From an uncultured cyanobacterium (GTDB lineage Bacteria; Cyanobacteriota; Cyanobacteriia; PCC-6307; Cyanobiaceae), in the NCBI GenBank assembly GCA_963765575.1, contig CAVXWZ010000001.1, positions 32,001 to 96,000 on the forward strand: a stretch of 64,000 nt of DNA, written 5' to 3'. This document shows positions 1-13,260 of the stretch, in pieces. Position numbers and translations under genes: made by a program. Positions within the stretch are counted from its first letter, which is position 1, and each line of letters begins with the position of its first letter. The notes under the pieces are model-generated. The model made no database searches and was not told where the DNA came from. It saw only the letters and a program-made list of their open reading frames with translations.

Positions 1-3528
<3,528 letters not shown>

Positions 3529-3641
3529 CACCTGCGGACAGGTGGACCGATCAATGGGAGACTGGCAACATTGCATGCGCCCCCGATCCTGAGTTCCCAC
3601 CTGCTTCTGCCGCCGTTTCCCCCGCAGCAACTCCCGCAACG

Positions 3642-5018
3642 ATGAGTGTCCTGGTCAGCTACTCGAAGGTGCTCGAGATCACCGGCGACATCATTCGCGT
3701 GGAGGTGCCCAGCGGCGGCCACGACAGCGCGGGTGCCCCCCGCTTCAACGATCTGGCCGTGGTTCGCACCGCTGGCGGAGACCAGTCCCTGGCCCAGGTG
3801 ATCGACCTGCGGGAAGACTCCGTGGCGCTGCAGGTGTTCCGTGGCACCAAGGGGGTGTCCACCGATTCCCAGGTGCGCTTCCTCGGCCACCCGATGACGG
3901 CCACCTACTCGGACAACATCCTGGGGCGGGTGTTCCGCGGCACCGGCGAGCCGATCGACGGCGGCCCCGATCTCTCCCAGGACCCCCGCGTCACCATCGG
4001 CGGGCCCTCGGTGAATCCGATGCGGCGCGTGCTGGCCTCGAAGATGATCCGCACCAACGTGCCGATGATCGACGTTTACAACACGTTGGTGGAGAGCCAG
4101 AAGATTCCCATCTTTTCGGTGTCAGGTGAACCGTTCAACGCCTTTCTCGGGCGGATCGGTATCCAGGCCGACGCCGATGTGGTGATCTTTGGCGGCCTCG
4201 GATTGATTTTCGATGATTACTACTCCTTTCGCAAGACCTTCGAGGACGCCGGCGTGTTTCACCGCACGGTGATGTTCGTGAATCTGGCGTCCGATCCGAT
4301 CGTGGAGCGCATGCTGATTCCCGACATGGCCCTGGCGGTGGCGGAGCGGTTCGCGGTGGAGGAGGGCAAGCGGGTGCTGGTGCTGCTCACCGACATGACG
4401 GCCTTCGCCGATGCCCTCAAGGAGGTGAGTATCGCGATGGATCAGGTGCCGGCCAACCGCGGTTATCCCGGCGGCCTCTATTCGCAGCTGGCCCGCCGCT
4501 ATGAAAAGGCCGCCGACTATGCCAAGGGCGGCTCGGTCACGGTGCTCACGGTGACCACCATGCCCGGTGATGACATCACCCATCCCGTGCCGGACAACAC
4601 CGGCTACATCACTGAAGGGCAGTTCTATCTGCACAACGGCGTGATCGACCCCTTCGGCTCGCTGTCGCGACTCAAGCAGAACGTGATCGGCAAGCAGACC
4701 CGCGAGGATCACAACCAGGTGATGAACACCACCATCCGCCTCTACTCCGGCGCCCGCGATGCCCAGCAGAAGCAGGCGATGGCCTTCGAACTCTCCGAGT
4801 ACGACCAGAAGCTGATCCGCTTCGGTGATCTCTTCCGTGAGCGCTTCATGGATATCAACGTGGACATGCCCCTCGAGGCTGCACTGGATCTCGCCTGGCA
4901 GACCATGGCGGAATGCTTCGAGCCTCAGGAGTTGCTGATGAAGCAGGAGCTGATCGACAAGTACTTCCCCGCAGCCGACGCCACCCCCAAGACGACCCCG
5001 AGCCCCCAGCCTGCATGA
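3642..5018 (+). CDS. ntpB: V/A-type ATPase subunit B
   Basis: ATG at 3642 ([10 protein letters not shown]). Motifs [62 protein letters not shown]. Confidence 0.93.
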   Translation: MSVLVSYSKVLEITGDIIRVEVPSGGHDSAGAPRFNDLAVVRTAGGDQSLAQVIDLREDSVALQVFRGTKGVSTDSQVRFLGHPMTATYSDNILGRVFRGTGEPIDGGPDLSQDPRVTIGGPSVNPMRRVLASKMIRTNVPMIDVYNTLVESQKIPIFSVSGEPFNAFLGRIGIQADADVVIFGGLGLIFDDYYSFRKTFEDAGVFHRTVMFVNLASDPIVERMLIPDMALAVAERFAVEEGKRVLVLLTDMTAFADALKEVSIAMDQVPANRGYPGGLYSQLARRYEKAADYAKGGSVTVLTVTTMPGDDITHPVPDNTGYITEGQFYLHNGVIDPFGSLSRLKQNVIGKQTREDHNQVMNTTIRLYSGARDAQQKQAMAFELSEYDQKLIRFGDLFRERFMDINVDMPLEAALDLAWQTMAECFEPQELLMKQELIDKYFPAADATPKTTPSPQPA

Positions 5019-5620
5019 GCCGGATCACCCTCACCAAGGCCTCGCTCAGCCGCCAGAAGGGGCTGCTCAAGACCTACGGCTCCGTGCTGCCGTCGTTGGA
5101 TCTCAAGCGCCGCCAGATCAGCGCCGAGCGGGCCCGGGCGCGGCACGACCTGCGGGCGCTCGAGCAGCGTGCCCGGGATCTCGAGGCCGAGGTGGGCCGG
5201 GTCTGCCCGATGCTCGCCCACCAGCACATCCGGCTCGAGGGGCTGGCCCGGGTGACGGATGTGCGTCTCGGGGAGGAGAACCTGATCGGCACCCGCCTGC
5301 CCCGGGTGGAGGCGATCACGGTGGAGGTGGCCGACTACGGCCTGCTCAGCCTGCCCTTCTGGGTGGATTACGTGGTGCGCTGTCTGCGCGAGGCCCTGGA
5401 GACCCAGGTCCGGCTCCAGGTGGCGAGCGAGCGCATCGAGCGTCTGGTGCAGGCCGAACGCACCGTGACCCAGCGCTTCAACCTGTTTGACAAGGTGCTG
5501 ATCCCCCGCACCCGACAGCACATCCGCACCATCGCCATCTATCTTTCCGATGCCGACCGTGCCGGGGTCGTGAATTCCAAGCTTGCCAAGCGCAAGAAGC
5601 AGCGGGCCGAGCCGCGATGA
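5015..5620 (+). CDS. ntpD: V/A-type ATPase subunit D
   Basis: ATGA overlap with the subunit B stop. Motifs LPSLDLKRRQ and TQRFNLFDKVLIP; 201 aa. Confidence 0.9.
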   Translation: MSRITLTKASLSRQKGLLKTYGSVLPSLDLKRRQISAERARARHDLRALEQRARDLEAEVGRVCPMLAHQHIRLEGLARVTDVRLGEENLIGTRLPRVEAITVEVADYGLLSLPFWVDYVVRCLREALETQVRLQVASERIERLVQAERTVTQRFNLFDKVLIPRTRQHIRTIAIYLSDADRAGVVNSKLAKRKKQRAEPR

Positions 5621-7428
5621 CCATCGTTTCCCTCAGCAAGGTCACCGTGGTCGGTCTGTCGGCTGACAAGGACGACCTCATCGATGGGCTGCAGCAGCTG
5701 GGCTGTCTGCACCTGATTCCCCTCCAGGAGGGGCGGCAGGGGGAGGAGCCGTTCGTGAGCAGCCGACCCATCGAGGATGCCAGCAAGGCCTTGCGCTACC
5801 TGGGCGATGTGCGCCGGCTGCGCCACCAGACCCGCGTCGATGCCGACTTCCAGTTCGATCGCCTGATCGGCGAGGCCCTCGCCAACCGCCGTGCCAAGCG
5901 GGAGGCGGAAGACCGGGTGCTGGCCCTGGAGGCCCGTCTGCGCCAGCTGGAGCCCTGGGGCGACTTTGTGCTCCCCGAGCTCGAGCAGCTGGGCGGCCAT
6001 CGCCTCTGGTTCTACCGGGTTCCCCAGGCCAAGGCCCGGGCGTTCCGGCAAGCCCTGGCCGGGCTCGACATCCCCTGGCAGCAGCTTTACGAGAGTCCTC
6101 GCCACCTTTATGTGGTGCTGATCGCTGCCGAGGAACCCGACCCCGCCGCCCTGCCGGTGACCCGCTCCCACGTGGGTTCCGAATCCCCCGCCACCGTGCG
6201 TCAGCAGCTCGATGCCGCCCGTTCCGCCCTCGAGGAGGTGGAGGCCGAGCACGAGGCCCTCAGCCGCTGGATCTTCCTGCTCTCGCGCCATCTGGCCCGC
6301 GCCGAGGACGCCCAGTCCCGCGCTGAGGCCAGCTCCATGACCCGTGACGACGACAGCCTCGTGCAGCTGCAGGGCTGGCTGCCCCGCCGCGACCTCAGCC
6401 GGCTGGAGGCCTTCACCTCCGCCCGGGGCCTGGCCTGGCTGGCCGAGCTTCCCCAGCCGGGTGACACGCCGCCCACGCTGCTGGAGAACCCCAGTGGCCT
6501 GAGCGGCGGCCAGGACCTGGTGACCTTCTACGAAACCCCCGCTTATCGCGACTGGGACCCCTCGGTGCTGGTGTTCTTCTCGTTCGGGATTTTCTTTGCC
6601 ATGATCATGGCCGACGCCGGCTACGCCCTGGTGCTGGCCGTGGTGGTGGGTCTGCTCTGGACACGCATGGGCCGCAGCGCCGGGGGCCGTCATTTCCGTA
6701 TCCAGGCGCTGGTGGGGCTCGGCTTCGCCCTGGTCTACGGCGTCCTGGCCGGCAGCTATTTCGGCATCGCGCCAGCCGCCGCCTCCCCCCTGGCGGCCCT
6801 GAAGGTGCTCGACCTGAACAACTACGACGCGATGATGAAGCTCGCGCTTGTCGTGGGTGGCCTGCATCTGCTGCTGGCTAACGGCATCGTCGCCGTGCGG
6901 GCCACCGGCGTGGCTGGCCGTGCCCGGCCGCTGGGCTGGATGGCGGTGATCCTGGGGGGCTTCCTGCTCTACCTGGGGGCCGGCAGCGCCTGGGGCCCGC
7001 ACCTCGGTGCGGGGCTGGGCGTGGGCGGCCTGCTCACGATCCTGCTGCTGAGCAGCGAGCGTCGGATCACCCACCCGGCCGATCTGCTGCTGCGGCTTCT
7101 TGATGGTGTGGGCTCCCTCACCAACATCTCCAAACTCTTCGGAGATGTGATGAGTTACCTTCGGCTGTTCGCCCTCGGTCTGGCCAGTGCCTCGCTGGCT
7201 GTCACCTTCAACCAGCTGGCCGGCCAGGTGGTGCAGTCGGGAGTGGTGCTGGCTCTGCCGATCGCCCTCCTGATCCTGATCCTCGGCCATGGCATCAATC
7301 TGCTGCTGGCCGTGATCAGTGGTTTTGTGCATGGCCTGCGCCTGAACTACATCGAATTCTTCAACTGGGGCCTCTCCGGTGAGGGGATACCTTTCCAGCC
7401 ATTTCTCAAAAAGGAGCCTGTTTCGTGA
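5617..7428 (+). CDS. ntpI: V/A-type ATPase subunit I (a)
   Basis: Soluble N-terminus plus multi-TM C-terminus. Motifs LQGWLP, PPTLLEN, FAMIMADAGY, essential Arg in SYLRLFALGLA, HGLRLNYIEF. Confidence 0.93.
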   Translation: MTIVSLSKVTVVGLSADKDDLIDGLQQLGCLHLIPLQEGRQGEEPFVSSRPIEDASKALRYLGDVRRLRHQTRVDADFQFDRLIGEALANRRAKREAEDRVLALEARLRQLEPWGDFVLPELEQLGGHRLWFYRVPQAKARAFRQALAGLDIPWQQLYESPRHLYVVLIAAEEPDPAALPVTRSHVGSESPATVRQQLDAARSALEEVEAEHEALSRWIFLLSRHLARAEDAQSRAEASSMTRDDDSLVQLQGWLPRRDLSRLEAFTSARGLAWLAELPQPGDTPPTLLENPSGLSGGQDLVTFYETPAYRDWDPSVLVFFSFGIFFAMIMADAGYALVLAVVVGLLWTRMGRSAGGRHFRIQALVGLGFALVYGVLAGSYFGIAPAAASPLAALKVLDLNNYDAMMKLALVVGGLHLLLANGIVAVRATGVAGRARPLGWMAVILGGFLLYLGAGSAWGPHLGAGLGVGGLLTILLLSSERRITHPADLLLRLLDGVGSLTNISKLFGDVMSYLRLFALGLASASLAVTFNQLAGQVVQSGVVLALPIALLILILGHGINLLLAVISGFVHGLRLNYIEFFNWGLSGEGIPFQPFLKKEPVS

Positions 7429-7880
7429 ACGACCATCTCTCTCTCACCGTGCTGGGCTGGATCGGCATCTATGCCCCGGTGGCCCTGGGGGCCATCGGAG
7501 CCTCCATCGGTTGCACCATCGCTGGCCAGGCCGCGATCGGGGCGATGATGGAGGTGAGCAGCGGCTACGGGCGCTTCGTGGGGCTCTCGGCCCTGCCGTC
7601 CTCGATGTCGATCTACGGCATCGTCGTGATGTTCCTGCTCAATCGCCCCGTCACCCCCACCAACGCCGGAGGTCTGTTCGGTATCGGCCTGCTTTCGGGT
7701 GTGGCCTTCCTGGTGGCCGCCATCTATCAGGGTCTGTGCTGCGCCTCGGCGATTGCCGGCTCCAAGTCGAAGCCGGAGATCTTCGGCCTGGCCCTGGCGC
7801 CGGCGGCAATCGTGGAGGGCTTCGCTGTGTTCGCCTTTGTGTTCGCCTTGGTGGCGGCCGGTGGTATCCCCCAGAGTTGA
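7425..7880 (+). CDS. ntpK: V/A-type ATPase proteolipid subunit K (c), four TM helices
   Basis: GTGA overlap; 151 aa duplicated hairpin with LPSSMSIYG, AIYQG and one carboxylate in AIVEGFAVF. Confidence 0.92.
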   Translation: MNDHLSLTVLGWIGIYAPVALGAIGASIGCTIAGQAAIGAMMEVSSGYGRFVGLSALPSSMSIYGIVVMFLLNRPVTPTNAGGLFGIGLLSGVAFLVAAIYQGLCCASAIAGSKSKPEIFGLALAPAAIVEGFAVFAFVFALVAAGGIPQS

Positions 7881-7919
7881 AGGTCAGCGCCTGTCGTTCC
7901 CGCCTTTCCTTGCACTTCC

Positions 7920-8621
7920 ATGGCCCAGCAACGCTCCAGCCGCAAGAACACCCCCCTGCAGGTGGCTGCAGGGGTGGAGGATCTGATCGCCCGGCTGCGG
8001 GACCAGGGCGTGGAGGCCGGCCGCAGCCAGGCCGGCGAAATCGTCGCCCAGGCCCAGGCCGACGCTCGCCAGACCATGGATCAGGCCCGACAGCAGGCCG
8101 AGCGGATCGTGGCCGAGGCCCGCCGCGAGGCCGGGAACCTCGAGCAATCGGGCCGTGAGGCTCTGCAACTGGCCCTGCGCGACAGCGTGCTCGAGATGAA
8201 GACACGGCTGATGGAACGCTTCCGGGGGGAGGTGGGCCAGTTGCTGGGAGAGGAACAGCAGAAACAGGAGATCCTTGAGCGCATGATCCTGGAGGTGGTG
8301 GGCCGGGTGCGGCCCGAGGCCGACCGCTCCGAACAGATCGAGGTGCTGCTGCCGGAGCAGGCGGTGGGTCTGGCCGAACTCAGCCAAAACCCCGAAGAAC
8401 TCGCCAGCGGTGAACTCACCCAGTTCGTGCGTCTGGTGTCCGCCGGCATGCTGCGCGAGGGCGTGAGCCTCGGAGTGGCCCGCGACCTCGGCTCCGGGCT
8501 GCGCCTGCGTCTGGTGGACCGGGACGTGGTGCTCGACCTCAGCGACGGTGCCGTGGCGGACGCCATTCTCGAGCATCTCCAGCCCCGCTTCCGGGCGCTG
8601 CTCGAGGGGGTTGTGAAATGA
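7920..8621 (+). CDS. ntpE: V/A-type ATPase subunit E
   Basis: N-terminal coiled coil (LIARLRDQGVEAG...AQAQADA), C-terminal LQPRFRALLEG, operon position. Confidence 0.85.
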   Translation: MAQQRSSRKNTPLQVAAGVEDLIARLRDQGVEAGRSQAGEIVAQAQADARQTMDQARQQAERIVAEARREAGNLEQSGREALQLALRDSVLEMKTRLMERFRGEVGQLLGEEQQKQEILERMILEVVGRVRPEADRSEQIEVLLPEQAVGLAELSQNPEELASGELTQFVRLVSAGMLREGVSLGVARDLGSGLRLRLVDRDVVLDLSDGAVADAILEHLQPRFRALLEGVVK

Positions 8622-9355
8622 GCCCCCGCTACACCACCTTGATGGCCAGCCTGCCGCCGCTGGGGGGATTGTTCGAGGCCCGGGAGCCCGCCATCTCCCG
8701 GCTCAAGCTGCAGAGCCGGCTCGGCCTGCTCCATCCCAACGACCGCCGCAGCCTCGATCTGGCCATCGGCATCCTCTCCCAGGGACTTCTCGAGACCGAA
8801 GGCGAGCTCGCCAACGGCCCCATCCCCACCAGTCCCACAAAAGACAGCGGTCGTGATGCCGCGCTCCTGGGGGATGCCAGCCAGTTCTTTCGCGACGTGA
8901 GCAACCCGCTGTTGCGCCAGCTGGTGAGCCACCGTCTCAACATGCGCACGGTCGTGGCCGCCCTGCGCCGCCGTCACCGCGGCGAGAACGAGCCACCCCG
9001 CGGGCGGGAATGGGGGTTCGGCTCCCTGGTGCCCACGATCGAGCGTCACTGGAGTGAGCCCACCCTGGGACTGGGTGGGCGCTTCCCCTGGATCGGCGAG
9101 GTGGTGCGCCTGCTGGAGGACAACGACCTCATCGGCCTGGAGCGCCAGCTGTTCACGCTGATCTGGCGCGACCTCGATCGCCTGGCCCAGGGCCACAACT
9201 TCGATTTCGAGGCCGTTGTGATCTATTTGGCGCGCTGGAGCCTGGTGGAGCGGTGGTCGAATTACGACGCCGCCGCCGCCGCCCGGCGTTTCCGTCAGCT
9301 CGTGAGCGACGGCCTCGGCCGTTTCACCAACACCATTGCCGTCTGCACCGCCTGA
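8618..9355 (+). CDS. DUF2764 family protein (probable subunit C equivalent of the V-ATPase)
   Basis: YTTLMASLPPL N-terminus and HNFDFEAVVIYLARW C-terminus; lies between E and A as in Chlamydia/spirochaete-type operons. Confidence 0.8.
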   Translation: MSPRYTTLMASLPPLGGLFEAREPAISRLKLQSRLGLLHPNDRRSLDLAIGILSQGLLETEGELANGPIPTSPTKDSGRDAALLGDASQFFRDVSNPLLRQLVSHRLNMRTVVAALRRRHRGENEPPRGREWGFGSLVPTIERHWSEPTLGLGGRFPWIGEVVRLLEDNDLIGLERQLFTLIWRDLDRLAQGHNFDFEAVVIYLARWSLVERWSNYDAAAAARRFRQLVSDGLGRFTNTIAVCTA

Positions 9356-11208
9356 TGACTGACGCGACCGACCGCTACAACTCCGCCCATGTGGTCGCCG
9401 TCCAGGACGACCTCGTGACCATCGCCATGGACGCCGAACGGCCGCGGCCGATCCTCAAGAACGAGGTTGTCTACATCTGCCCGCGCCGCCTGGATGGAGA
9501 CCGCCAGGAGCGGCTCAAGGCCGAGGTGCTGCGGGTGCACGGCACCAGCGCCGATGCCCAGGTGTTCGAAAGCACCCGCGGCGTGGGTGTGGGCGATCCG
9601 GTGGAGCAGAGCGGCGAACTGCTCTCGGTGAGCCTTGGGCCCGGCCTGCTCTCCCAGGTGTACGACGGGCTGCAGAACCCCCTGGCCGGCCTGGCTGCCG
9701 GCTACGGCACCTTCCTGCCCCGGGGGGCGGCAGTGGCGCCCCTGGATGTGCAGAAGAAATGGTCGTTCCAGTCAACGGCGCGCATCGGCGACACCTTGCG
9801 GGCCGGCGATGCGATCGGCACCGTGCAGGAGGGCCGCTTCAGCCACAAGATCATGGTGCCCTTCGATCAGCCGGGCGAGGTGCGCCTGGATTGGATCCAG
9901 CAGGGCTCGTTCACGGTGGACACGGTGGTGGCCCGCATCGTCGATGGCCAGGGCCGGACCCGCTCCCTGACCATGGTGCAGGACTGGCCGGTGCGCCGTC
10001 CCCTGCCCCAGCGGCTGCTGGAGAGCCGCAGCAGCGAGCGCCTCTATCCCCAGGAGCCGATGATCACCACCCAGCGGATCATCGACACCTTCCTGCCCAT
10101 TGCCCGCGGCGGCACCGGTTGCATCCCGGGCCCCTTCGGTGCCGGCAAGACCGTGCTGCAGAACCTGATCTCGCGCCACTCCGATGTCGACATCGTGCTG
10201 GTGGTGGCCTGCGGCGAGCGCGCCGGCGAGGTGGTGGAGACGATCACCGAATTCCCCAAGCTCACCGATCCCAAGAGCGGCGGTTCGCTGATGGACCGCA
10301 CGATCATCATCTGCAACACCTCCTCGATGCCGGTGGCGGCCCGGGAGGCCTCGATCTACACCGGTCTCACCCTCGGTGAGTACTACCGCCAGATGGGTTT
10401 CAACGTGCTGCTGATCGCTGATTCCACCTCCCGCTGGGCCCAGGCGATGCGCGAAACCTCCGGCCGGCTGGAGGAGATCCCCGGCGAAGAGGCCTTCCCC
10501 GCCTATCTCGATTCTTCGGTGAAGGGCATCTACGAGCGGGCCGGCATCATCCGCACCAACGACGGCAGCATCGGCAGCCTCACCATGATCGGCACCGTCT
10601 CGCCCGCCGGCGGCAACTTTGAGGAGCCGGTCACCCAGTCCACCCTCAGCACGGTCAAGACCTTCCTGGGGCTGAGCGCCGAGCGGGCCTACAAGCGCTG
10701 CTACCCGGCAGTGGATCTGCTGCTCTCCTGGTCGCGTTATTTCATCCAGCTGGAGGACTGGTTCTCTGACCATCTATCGCCCGACTGGGTGCCCCGGGTG
10801 CAGAAGCTCACTGACCTGATTCATCGCGCCGACGCTGTGCAGCAGATGATTCAGGTGACCGGCGAAGAGGGCGTCAGCCTGGAGGATTTCCTGCTCGCTC
10901 AGCAGGCCCAGTTCCTCGACATGGTGTATCTGCAGCAGGATGCCTTTGATCCGGTGGACGCCAGTTGCCCGCTCAGCCGCCAGCAGCGCAGCCTCGATCT
11001 GGTCTGCGACCTGATCGGCCGGCCTTATCAGTTCAGCGACAAGACCGCCGCCCGTGATGTCTTCACCCGGCTCACCGGCCTGTTCAAGAACCTCAACTAC
11101 GCCCCCGAAGGATCCCCCACCTACCTCTCCTACCGGCAGCAGATTGAGGACCTGGCCGCGTCGGCCTGTCATCCCCCCAGCCCCGCCAAGGTCGCCGCGT
11201 CCTCCTGA
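9355..11208 (+). CDS. ntpA: V/A-type ATPase catalytic subunit A
   Basis: TGATG overlap at 9353-9357. Walker A GPFGAGKT, CGERAGE, NTSSMPVAAREAS, DSTSRWAQA, VSPAGGNFEEPVTQ. Confidence 0.95.
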   Translation: MTDATDRYNSAHVVAVQDDLVTIAMDAERPRPILKNEVVYICPRRLDGDRQERLKAEVLRVHGTSADAQVFESTRGVGVGDPVEQSGELLSVSLGPGLLSQVYDGLQNPLAGLAAGYGTFLPRGAAVAPLDVQKKWSFQSTARIGDTLRAGDAIGTVQEGRFSHKIMVPFDQPGEVRLDWIQQGSFTVDTVVARIVDGQGRTRSLTMVQDWPVRRPLPQRLLESRSSERLYPQEPMITTQRIIDTFLPIARGGTGCIPGPFGAGKTVLQNLISRHSDVDIVLVVACGERAGEVVETITEFPKLTDPKSGGSLMDRTIIICNTSSMPVAAREASIYTGLTLGEYYRQMGFNVLLIADSTSRWAQAMRETSGRLEEIPGEEAFPAYLDSSVKGIYERAGIIRTNDGSIGSLTMIGTVSPAGGNFEEPVTQSTLSTVKTFLGLSAERAYKRCYPAVDLLLSWSRYFIQLEDWFSDHLSPDWVPRVQKLTDLIHRADAVQQMIQVTGEEGVSLEDFLLAQQAQFLDMVYLQQDAFDPVDASCPLSRQQRSLDLVCDLIGRPYQFSDKTAARDVFTRLTGLFKNLNYAPEGSPTYLSYRQQIEDLAASACHPPSPAKVAASS

Positions 11209-11222
11209 TCACCGCCCGCCTG

Positions 11223-13073
11223 GTGCTGTCCACCCGGCCGCTGGCGGCCCTGGCCCTGCCGGCTCTGCTGCTGGCCCCTGCCCTGCGCGCCTCGCCCCTG
11301 CAGGAGCGCGATCAGCGCTTCCATGGCGTGGTGTCGGGGGGCGGGGTGGTGGCCAGCCAGGACCGGCTGGCCTCGCAGGTGGGGGTGGAGATCCTGCAAC
11401 GCGGCGGCAACGCTGTGGATGCCGCCGTGGCCGCCTCCTTCGCCCTGGCGGTGACCCTGCCCCAGGCGGGCAACCTGGGCGGTGGCGGCTTCCTGGTGCT
11501 GTGGCTGCCGGGACCGTCCCCGGCGGCCGGTCGCGGCTGCCCCACGGACGCCGAACTGGCGATCGGCGGCGGCACCGCCGTGGCGGTGAATTTCCGCGAA
11601 ACCGCGCCCGCGGCCGCCAGCGCCGCTCTGTTCCTGGCGGCTGACGGCAGCGTCGATCGTCAACGCGCCACCCGCAGCCTGCTCAGCAGCGGCGTGCCAG
11701 GCACCCCGGCGGGGCTGGTGCTGGCCCAGCGCTGCTATGGCCGTCTGCCGCTGGCATCCGCGATCGAGCCCGCCATCGCCCTGGCCGAGCAGGGCATCGT
11801 GGTGGGCCGGCCCCTGGCCGACTCCCTGCGGCGGGCAGCGCAGCTGCTGCAGGCCGACCCCACCTCACGGGCTCTCTTCTACCGGCCACCCAGCGAGCCG
11901 GGCGAGTCGCCCCGGCCCTACGCGGCCGGCGAGCGGCTGCGCCAGGGCGAGCTGGCGGTCAGCCTGCGGCGCATCGCCAACGGTGGGGAGGCGGGCTTCT
12001 ACAGCGGCCCCACCGCCGAGCGCCTGGTGGCGTTGATGCAGGCGCGCGGCGGGCTGATCACCGCCGCCGACCTGAGCGCCTACCGCGCCCAGCTGGTGCC
12101 CCCCCTGCTGGGCCGGTTCCACGGCCACCCGGTGCTCACCATGCCTCCCCCCAGCGGTGGCGGGGTGGGTCTGCTGCAGATGCTGCAGATCCTCGAGCCC
12201 CTGCCCCTGGCGGAGTGGGGTGCCGGCAGCGCCGCCAGCCTCCATCCGATGGTGGAAGCGATGAACCTGGTGTATCGCGATCGCAACCGCTGGCTGGGGG
12301 ATCCCGATCAGGTGACGATGCCGCTGCGTCGGTTGCTCAGCCGCCCCTACGCCGCCGAGCTGCGCCGGCAGATCGATCCCTCCCGCCATCGCCCTGCCGC
12401 CGAACTGGACCCCGGGCTCAGCCCACCGCACTCCGCCGGCACGAACACCACGCATCTGTCGGTGGCGGACCGCCAGGGCGGCCTGGTGGCCACCACCACC
12501 ACCCTGAATTTCGCCTATGGCAACGGCATCAGCGTGCCCGGGGCGGGCTTCCTGCTCAACAACGAGATGGACGACTTCGCCGCCGCCCCCGGCAGTCCCA
12601 ACGCCTACGGGCTGGTGCAGGGGGAGGCCAATGCCATCGCCCCGGGCCGCCGGCCCCTCAGCTCGATGTCGCCCACCCTGGTGTTCCACCCCGATGGCCG
12701 CCCCTGGCTGGCCACCGGTACGCCCGGCGGCAGCCGCATTCCCACCACCGTGCTGCAGGTCTTGCTCAACCGCCTCGTGCACGGTCACAACCTGGCCACC
12801 GCGGTGGCCAGCCCGCGCGTGCACAGCCAGCTCTGGCCCGACCGCCTCAGCCACGAGCAGGGCCTCAGCCCCGACACCCTGGCGTTGCTGGAGGCCCTTG
12901 GCCATTCCCTGGCAGCGACCCGTGCCATGGGGTCGGCCAACAGCGTTGAGCTGCTCTGGCCGACCGCTTCCGGGCCGGCCGGTCCGCCGCGGCCCATGGG
13001 CAGCCTGGGGGTCGCCGACCCCCGCCGGCCGGAGGGGGCCGTGGCGGTGGAATCGCCCTCTCCAGCACCATGA
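11223..13073 (+). CDS. ggt: gamma-glutamyltransferase with signal peptide
   Basis: GGNAVDAAVA, GNLGGGGF, Thr nucleophile in NTTHLSV, LNNEMDDF, RPLSSMSP, TPGGSRI; hydrophobic N-terminus ending ALRA. Confidence 0.93.
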   Translation: MLSTRPLAALALPALLLAPALRASPLQERDQRFHGVVSGGGVVASQDRLASQVGVEILQRGGNAVDAAVAASFALAVTLPQAGNLGGGGFLVLWLPGPSPAAGRGCPTDAELAIGGGTAVAVNFRETAPAAASAALFLAADGSVDRQRATRSLLSSGVPGTPAGLVLAQRCYGRLPLASAIEPAIALAEQGIVVGRPLADSLRRAAQLLQADPTSRALFYRPPSEPGESPRPYAAGERLRQGELAVSLRRIANGGEAGFYSGPTAERLVALMQARGGLITAADLSAYRAQLVPPLLGRFHGHPVLTMPPPSGGGVGLLQMLQILEPLPLAEWGAGSAASLHPMVEAMNLVYRDRNRWLGDPDQVTMPLRRLLSRPYAAELRRQIDPSRHRPAAELDPGLSPPHSAGTNTTHLSVADRQGGLVATTTTLNFAYGNGISVPGAGFLLNNEMDDFAAAPGSPNAYGLVQGEANAIAPGRRPLSSMSPTLVFHPDGRPWLATGTPGGSRIPTTVLQVLLNRLVHGHNLATAVASPRVHSQLWPDRLSHEQGLSPDTLALLEALGHSLAATRAMGSANSVELLWPTASGPAGPPRPMGSLGVADPRRPEGAVAVESPSPAP

Positions 13074-13190
13074 GGGCTGCAGTGCTCGACGCGAGTCACC
13101 GGGACACATCTCAGCGGCGTTGCTGCAGCAGATGGCCTGCGCTGGGGTGCGGCACGCCTGTAGAAAGGCTGCTCTTCGATGTGGAGTGAA

Positions 13191-13223
13191 GAGCGGCGAT
13201 CTTCGTGATCCGCTCCTTCTTTC
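13191..13223. terminator. possible hairpin terminator between convergent ggt and ppk2
   Basis: GAGCGG-cGATC-ttcgt-GATC-CGCTC stem followed by cttctttc. Confidence 0.35.
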
Positions 13224-13224
13224 G

Positions 13225-13260
13225 CTTCAGTCGAGCGTTTCAGTCGAGCGCTTCAGTCGG
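13225..13260. repeat. 13-bp tandem repeat (about 2.7 copies) across the ppk2 stop codon
   Basis: cttcagtcgagcg / tttcagtcgagcg / cttcagtcgg. Confidence 0.8.
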
